DNA of 64,000 bases, taken from NCBI GenBank assembly GCA_964016885.1, contig OZ024743.1, positions 99,138,001 through 99,202,000 on the forward strand, written 5' to 3'. Below are positions 57,353 to 64,000 of this stretch, piece by piece (the first letter of the stretch is position 1; every line of letters begins with the position of its first letter). Under the pieces are notes generated by a model. The model saw only the letters and a program-made list of their open reading frames with translations. It was not told the origin of the DNA and searched no databases. The position numbers and the translations under genes were made by a program. Source of the stretch: Eledone cirrhosa. Its lineage: Eukaryota.

Positions 57353-57521
57353 CCAGAAATAATAATAGAACACACTCACTATTTGGTTGGTTTTCGCTTC
57401 TGTATCTTTTATATCTCCACAGTTAATTCATTCGGTCCTCAATGTTTACCATTGACTGACCAACGGTAAAAAATACAGATATAATATAGATATAAACACA
57501 TATATATAGTCTAACAAGTTC

Positions 57522-57549
57522 TTTCGTTGCACATCTGCAACATCATCAG
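57522..57549 (-). ncRNA. Hammerhead-ribozyme-like core CUGAUGA-U-GUUGCA(GAUG)UGCAAC-GAAA
   Basis: Same as 55482-55509 except at the variable N7 position; lies in the PLE terminal repeat in sense orientation. Confidence 0.45.
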
Positions 57550-58256
57550 TGAAGCTACTATGTTCCTCCTATTGTATTGTATATCTACGCCATCTTTATT
57601 TTATCTGTTTATTTATTTATTTATTTTTGTCTTCTCTGCGCATACGTTTGCATGTGTATATAGTGTTTGGTGTGTGTTCGCGTTTGGATGACTGTGTTTT
57701 GGTTATTGTATTCTATCTTAGTTTACTAGTGTGTGTTTATATGTGTTTGTTGTTATTGTGCTTGTGTATATATTTATTTATTTATATTTCTCTTAAGTCA
57801 GTATTGCTTGTTTAGGTGTTGTTGTTATTCCATTCATTTTTTCTGTTTAGCCTTGGCTTTCTAAGCTCTATTTTGCTTGCCTCTCTGATTTGCCTATCTG
57901 CTGGGTCATTTCTATGTTTAGATATTATTTTAATTTCTATGTTGTCTATGTTACCGTCATGTTATTGTCTGGCGTGTTCATATATTACTGAACCGTTTTT
58001 TCGTCCTTTTAATTCCCCCCAGTGTTGGTCTATCCCTTCTCCTATGCTTTGAGCTGTCTCGCCTATGTATGTTGTTGTCATGTTTCTGCAAGTACCCTCT
58101 GTACATCTTATGCTATAGACTACGTTTCTAGTTTTACAGTTTATCTGGGGGTTTACTTTACATATAACACATTTCCTATTAGTACAGTGGGTTTTCTTAA
58201 AAGGGTATGTTTTGCTGATCAGGGATTTTATGGTAGTTCCTGGCTTTTCTACCACC

Positions 58257-58884
58257 AAGTTATGTTGGTATCACAAAAATCATCCATCCCACACTATAAT
58301 GTGGTCGTGTAGGTGTCACAACAAAAATCACCTAGGCCACACTATAATGTGGTCATGTAGATGTCACAACAGAAATCACCCAGCCACACTATAATGTGAT
58401 CGTGTAGGTGTCACAACAAAAATCACCTAGCCCACACTATAATGTGGTCATGTAGGTGTCACAACAGAAATCACCCAGCCCACACTATAATGTGGTCGTG
58501 TAGGTGTCACAACAGAAATCACCCAGCCCACACTATAATGTGGTCGTGTAGGTGTCACAACAGAAATCACCTAGGCCACACTATAATGTGGTCGTGTAGG
58601 TGTCACAACAGAAATCACCCAGCCCACACTATAATGTGGTCGTGTAGGTGTCATGACAAAAATCACCCAGCCCACATAGTAAAGTGGTTGTGTAGGAGTT
58701 GTGACAAAAAACTCCCAGCACACACTATAATGTGGTTGGCATTAGGAAGGGCATCCAGCCATAGAAACTTAACCAGAAAAAAAATCTATATGAGCAAGAA
58801 ATGATCACCTGACCCAACTTGCCTCTAATGGACAACCTGTTTAACCCATGCTAGCATGGAAAATGGACGTTAAATGATGATGAT
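58257..58884 (+). mobile_element. RTE 3'UTR/tail containing a 48-bp tandem expansion (~10 units, ~58290-58735)
   Basis: Unit CACACTATAATGTGGTCGTGTAGGTGTCACAACAGAAATCACCCAGCC; ends ACCCATGCTAGCATGGAAAATGGACGTTAAA(TGA)n. Confidence 0.88.
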
Positions 58885-59147
58885 ATATATGTATATGTAT
58901 GAAGATATACATAAACACATATGGTATATTATTATAGTTGAGGTTTTATTTGAAGCAATCATAGTTAATATGAAAAAACATGAAGAATACATAAAGAAAA
59001 GAAATAGTCTCATAGAGAATCATACATTTTCCATGTAGAAAATAATTGTGCAGTATTGAAAACTGAAATAGAGTCATGTTTTAGATATAAGAGAGTTCAG
59101 TATTTCACAGCATGCCTTGCAGCCATGAAAAATACCACAAATATATA

Positions 59148-59254
<107 letters not shown>

Positions 59255-59532
59255 TATATATATAAGCAAAAGAGATATTCAATTTGTTGGTAATTCAACA
59301 AATATAAATGTTTATAACTGATTCAGAGCACTCGACAGATTTTCTGGAGTATAATATTCAACTATCCAAGAAAAACTTGAACCGTTAAGGTATCTTTTCT
59401 TGGTTATGTCAAAATTTATAAAACTCACTTCGTATTTTATCTGATGAAAGCGTACCAAAGTTTTGGTTCCCTTGAAATATATATAATAGAATAAATATGG
59501 TTTTATAAATATAGTTTCCATTTATTTAATAT

Positions 59533-59585
<53 letters not shown>

Positions 59586-59756
59586 GAGATATATTATATA
59601 TAAAATCATCATCTGCATCATCATCATCACCATCTGAAATTGGGTGGATGGGTTGTTTTCTCTAGTACATGCACGCCAACTCCATATATTTATTCATAAA
59701 TATTTATATATATTCATACACATATATCTATGTGTGTATATATAAATATATATATC

Positions 59757-60920
59757 CTCATCATCATCATTTAACGTCTATTTACTATGCTTGCATGGGT
59801 TAGATGGGCTGTCCCATTTGAGGCTGTCCCATTTGAGGCTGTCCCATTTGAGGCTGTCCCATTTGGGTGACTGTGTCTTGCTCACAGAGAACTGTTTCTG
59901 GCTTGGCTTCTATGGCTGGATGCCTTTCCAAACGCCAACCACATTTACAGTGTGGACTGAGTGCTTTTCGTTGTGACACCTACATGCCACATTACAGTGT
60001 GAACTAGGGTTGGGGCAGGGTGGGGTGGTGTAAATGTGTTGGTGCAGGGTGGAGTGTTAGGGTATGGGAGGTGTATGGAAGGAGGGAGGGAGGGAGGATA
60101 AGGGTTATGTGGTGCATACTAGAATGTATACTTCAACCCATGCACATAGGAAGGTGGGTCATTTGTATTACTGCTTAACATCAATGATCTTGATCTTGTG
60201 TCATTGTCTTTGAGAGTGCAATCGTGCAAGGTCAGCTTTTATTACCCCCTTCCAGGTCTTCCTAGGTCCTCCTACTCCATAGTCTCCATCAACTTTATTC
60301 AACGTGCATCATATTATACAGCTGTCATCTTTCATATGCATCAAATGTCTATACCAATGCAATTTTCTCTCCTGCACATTGCATCTGATCCTTCTTATGC
60401 CCAGTTTCTCTCTCAGTTCATTTATGCTTTGCCATTCATATATGGAGGCACATGGCTTAGTGGTTAGAGCATTGGCCTTGCAATCGAAAGGTTGTGAATT
60501 CAATTCTCAGACCGGGTGATGTGTTGTTTCCTTGATGAAGACACTTTATTTCACATTGCTCCAGTTTACTCAGCTGTAGAAATGAGATGATAGGGACTGG
60601 AGTCCCTATCATTCCACTGCAAAGTAGTCGTGGAGGTGCCATGGCAAAAAAGCATCCAGCACTCACTGTAAATGAGGTTGGTGTTAGGAAGGGCATCCAG
60701 CTGTAGAAATCAAGCCAGAATCTGTTCTCGTCCCACCCTTGCAAGCAGGGTAAAGCGGACGTAAAATGAAATGATGATGATGATGATGATATATTATTAT
60801 TACACATCCATCGGAGCATGCAGACTTCATTTCTTTCCAATCTTCGCAGGTCTTCTGCACAGAGCACCCAGGTCTCATTACTATGTAACATTGCTGTTTG
60901 TATACATGCATCACACAATC
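59757..60920 (-). mobile_element. Older degenerate RTE 3' fragment with a 15-bp x4 repeat at 59807-59866, interrupted by a SINE
   Basis: Minus-strand DACIQTAMLHSNETWVLCAEDLRRLERNEVCMLRWMCN continues after the SINE as QSINELREKLGIRRIRC...LHWYRHLMHMKDDSCI; (CAT)n tail at ~59760. Confidence 0.85.
60444..60789 (+). mobile_element. Full-length family-A SINE: tRNA head, CORE-like domain, RTE-derived tail, (GAT)n
   Basis: A box TGGCTTAGTGG and B-box-like GAATTCAATTC. The centre TCCTTGA..AAGACACTT...CCAGTTTACTCAGCTGTAGAAATG resembles the MIR/CORE domain. The tail TTAGGAAGGGCATCCAGC is shared with the RTE 3'UTR. Confidence 0.88.
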
Positions 60921-60942
60921 AGTCCTTCATTATATATATATG

Positions 60943-61124
60943 TGAAGGTCGGTGGATTGGCAGTATCGGTAGAGGGTCGGATGCCATGCTTTGCAGCAAA
61001 GAGTTACGGCCCTTTATGGTCTGAGTTTGAATCCTGCCGACGTTAACTTTGCCTTTCATCCTAAATAAGGTACCAGTAATACACTGGGATAATTGCTGGC
61101 CTTGTGCCAAAATTAGAAACAATT
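60943..61124 (+). mobile_element. Family-B tRNA-derived SINE between (TA)n tracts
   Basis: TGGCAGTATCGG (A-box-like), GAGTTTGAATCC (B-box-like), GTTAACTTTGCCTTTCATCCT...TAGAAACAAT. Confidence 0.85.
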
Positions 61125-61529
61125 ATATATATATATATGTGTGTGTATTGAACAACGAAAATAAACCAAATGTTGAAAATAGGTTCTTAAATAGTTTATT
61201 GATCTATGTTTTAGAGGGTTGATTGATCATGGTAAATTGATATATTGACTAATAGATAGTGGTTATGTCACCAATTATTTCTAGGTTTCAATATCCTAGA
61301 TCCATCTACACCATCTTCTGCAGAAGCAGATTGTTACAAGTAAGCATAGCCCCACATCTCTTTACCTCTCTTAACTTATGAAACCGGTAAATAAACCTTC
61401 TTAAATACTCCAAATGTATTTTCAACTTCTTTTTCATATATATATATATATATATTGAGGGGGTGGAAAGTTATGTGTATTTTGGCCAAGCTATAACCAT
61501 GGGATGTGACATGAATCATGGTAGTTTCT

Positions 61530-61750
61530 ATCATCATCACCGTTTTACGTTCATTCTTCCACGCTACCATGGGTTAGACGGGTTGTCCTGTTGTGGGCAG
61601 TGTCCGGTCGGCTGACCTTGTCTTGTTCATACGGGAACTAATTCTGGCTTGATTTCTACACCTGGATGCCCTTCCTAACACCAACCTCATTTACAGTGAG
61701 TGCTGGGTGCTTTTTTCCGTGGCACCTCCACAACCACTTTGCAGTGTGAG
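61530..61750 (-). mobile_element. RTE/family-A SINE tail fragment
   Basis: TTCTGGCTTGATTTCTACA.CTGGATGCCCTTCCTAACACCAACCTCATTTACAGTGAGTGCTGGG, as in 51509-51575. Confidence 0.8.
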
Positions 61751-62264
61751 GGGTGGGGGCATATTGTCTATATGCTTCAGCTTCGTCTTGTACCAGCTTC
61801 TATATTGAAACAAATAGTGCCAAAGAGTTTCTGGGATATCACCACAAAACAGAGAGGTGATTCTCTATGACCTGTTCATGATACAATGTAGTTCAATGGT
61901 ATATCTCCAGTCTGAAGCCAGCATAATATTTTTTATTAACATTGCTCAATGTCTGATATGTTTTAAATGTTGACAGATCTGGTTGAGAAAGTGGAGAATT
62001 GAAATGTGATATAGTTATCACTAATTGCCTTCAACAATAAAGATATATAATACCTGGTTCTGGAGAGGACTTGTCTAACTCATGCAAGCTTGAAATAACA
62101 TGCAAAAGTAATGATGATGATGATGACCTATAAACACTCATGTATTTAGAGAAATAAGTATAGTATGTACATTGTAGCATAGATATATAGAAGTTTATGA
62201 ATTACATGTATGGCTTATGGCAATATGTTGATGAAACTCATGATTTGGTTTGCAATCAATATTG

Positions 62265-62301
<37 letters not shown>

Positions 62302-62346
62302 TAAATCAACTAATTATTTTTCATTGAACAAATATATATATATATA

Positions 62347-62680
62347 TCATCATCATTTTTACGTCTGTTTTTCCATGCTTGCATGGGTGGGATGGATTTC
62401 TCAACACAGCATCTCTCCACTCATTGTGTTCCTTTAACATCTACTCTGTGGGTCTCAGTGATTTGAGGTCAACTCTCACCACCTCTGCCCATGTCTTTCT
62501 TGGTCTACCTCTACCACGGCTTCCTTCCACTGGGATTTCTTGGCACTTCTTCACCCTGTTATCATTGTCCATGTGCATCACATGTCTATACCAATGTAGT
62601 CTTCTCTCTTACACACCACCTCAAATTGATCTTAAACCAAGTTTCTCCCTTAACTCATCCAAGCTCGACCTTTCTCTCAC
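62347..62680 (-). mobile_element. Old degenerate RTE 3' fragment
   Basis: (CAT)n tail plus remnants of GRPRKTW and RLHWYRHVMHMD on the minus strand. Confidence 0.65.
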
Positions 62681-62684
62681 ACTT

Positions 62685-64000
62685 GGGAAAGGCACCACTG
62701 ATGCGCTCTTCCTTGTGAGGCAATTACAGGAAAAGTACCTAGCTAAAAGTAAGCCACTCTACTTGTCATTTGTCGACCTTGAGAAAGCCTTTGACAGAGT
62801 TCCACGTGCAGTAATCTGGTGGGCTCTTAGAAAACTAGGAGTAGATGAATGGCTTGTGAAAGCGGTACAAGCCATGTATAGGGGAGCAGTCAGCAAAGTT
62901 AGGATTGGCAATGAGTATAGCGAGGAATTTAGCGTACAGGTTGGGGTCCACCAGGGCTCTGTTCTTAGCCCTCTCCTGTTCATCATAGTCCTGCAGGCAA
63001 TAACGGAGGAGTTTAAGACCGGATGCCCATGGGAACTCCTGTATGCTGATGACCTCGCACTCATAGCTGAATCTATGGTAGAACTAGAGAATAAATTCCA
63101 AACCTGGAAGCAGGGACTAGAGAGAAAGGGCCTCAAAGTCAACATGACAAAGACTAAGGTCCTTATAAGTAGACGAGAAAACAGAACCCAGATCCCCTCA
63201 GGGAAATGGCCTTGCTCAGTATGTAGGAAAGGTGTAGGTAGGAACTCCATTCTTTGCCCCAAATGCAAACAATGGGTACACAAGAGATGTAGCGGGATCT
63301 CAGGAAGCTTAATTAAGAATGTAGGATTCACATGCAGCAGCTGTGCTGAAACAGCAAGCAAACAGCCACAGGAAACAAGTACCACCAATCTCTGGGAGGG
63401 CCCTGTAGAAACAGTAGACAGCTTCTGCTACCTAGGTGACCGAATTAGCAACGGAGGTGGGTGCTCAGAAAGTACAATAACTAGGGTAAGAACGGGATGG
63501 AAGAAGTTTAGGGAACTACTACCACTGCTAGCTGCAAAAGGCTTCTCCCTCAGAATGAAAGGCAGACTGTATGATGCGTGTATCCGAACAGCGATGTTGC
63601 ATGGTAGTGAGACCTGGGCGCTGAAGGTGGAAGACTTACGTAGATTAGAGAGAAACGAAGCCTGCATGCTCCGATGGATGTGTAACAGTAATATACGTGA
63701 ACGACAAAGCATAAATGAATTGAGAGAGAGACTGAGCATAAGAGGAATCAAATGCTGCGTGCAGGAGAGGCGGTTACGCTGGTATGGACATGTGATGCGT
63801 ATGAAGGATGACAGCTGCATAAAAAGGTGCAGAGCACTAGAAGTTGATGGAAACCGCGGAGTGGGGAGACCCAAGATGACTTGGGATGAGGTGATAAAAG
63901 CCGACCTTACCCAACTACACCTCTCAAAGTCAATGACACACGACCATGACTTCTGGCGTCACGCAGTAATACAGGGTACCCGACCTCCCATGGGTACATG
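62685..64000 (+). mobile_element. 5'-truncated RTE-clade LINE, second subfamily; stop-free for ~438 codons to the window edge
   Basis: Manual translation GKGTTDALFLVRQLQEKY...YADD...CSVC...CPKC...HKRC...CSSC...GRPKMTW...PPMGT shows no stop. It is absent from the ORF track, probably because it runs off the end. Confidence 0.93.

Larger units (their letters stand above)
57093..58256 (-). mobile_element. Penelope-like element 3' part: GIY-YIG endonuclease (~57820-58256, one stop) plus terminal repeat
   Basis: C...CVIC...NCKTRNVVYSIRC...YIGETAQSIGEGIDQH...SVIYEHARQ*HDG...RQIREASKI...PRLNRKNEW. This is a PLE-type GIY-YIG domain preceded by a Cys motif. Confidence 0.85.

Noticed and set aside
59429-59470. 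Possible 42-nt minus-strand micro-exon (ttcaAG...GAA|GTGAGT; GTKTLVRFHQIKYE)
   Set aside because: Splice-like signals are present but the acceptor is weak and no TULP4 similarity is recognisable; needs RNA-seq.
60444-60520. tRNA gene
   Set aside because: A and B boxes are present, but the sequence continues into a CORE-like body and RTE tail and recurs at 51451-51748, so it is a SINE head.

Overview
Eukaryotic, AT-rich, repeat-dominated DNA. The SINE and RTE repertoire and (GAT)n/(TA)n tails suggest an octopus or other cephalopod (inference). Two minus-strand coding exons are supportable: 45678-45915, a clear TULP4/Tusp match (SNIWGTKF...[14 protein letters not shown]), and a phase-compatible 1.17-kb exon at 5627-6798. 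The ~39 kb between them is mostly a ~34.7-kb array of a 30-bp minisatellite. One dead 1433-bp CR1-type LINE fragment inserted into that array once and was co-amplified five times as a 5.5-8.6-kb higher-order unit. A 22-bp satellite fills 1-2901. The last 20 kb holds nested retroelements: three RTE LINE copies whose RT carries an internal PHD-type finger (two form a tail-to-tail inverted pair), tRNA-derived SINEs, and a Penelope-like GIY-YIG fragment with hammerhead-like cores. Most ORFs in the supplied track are artefacts of the 30-bp repeat. There is no CRISPR array or prokaryotic system. The novelty here is repeat architecture, not a new protein-coding system.
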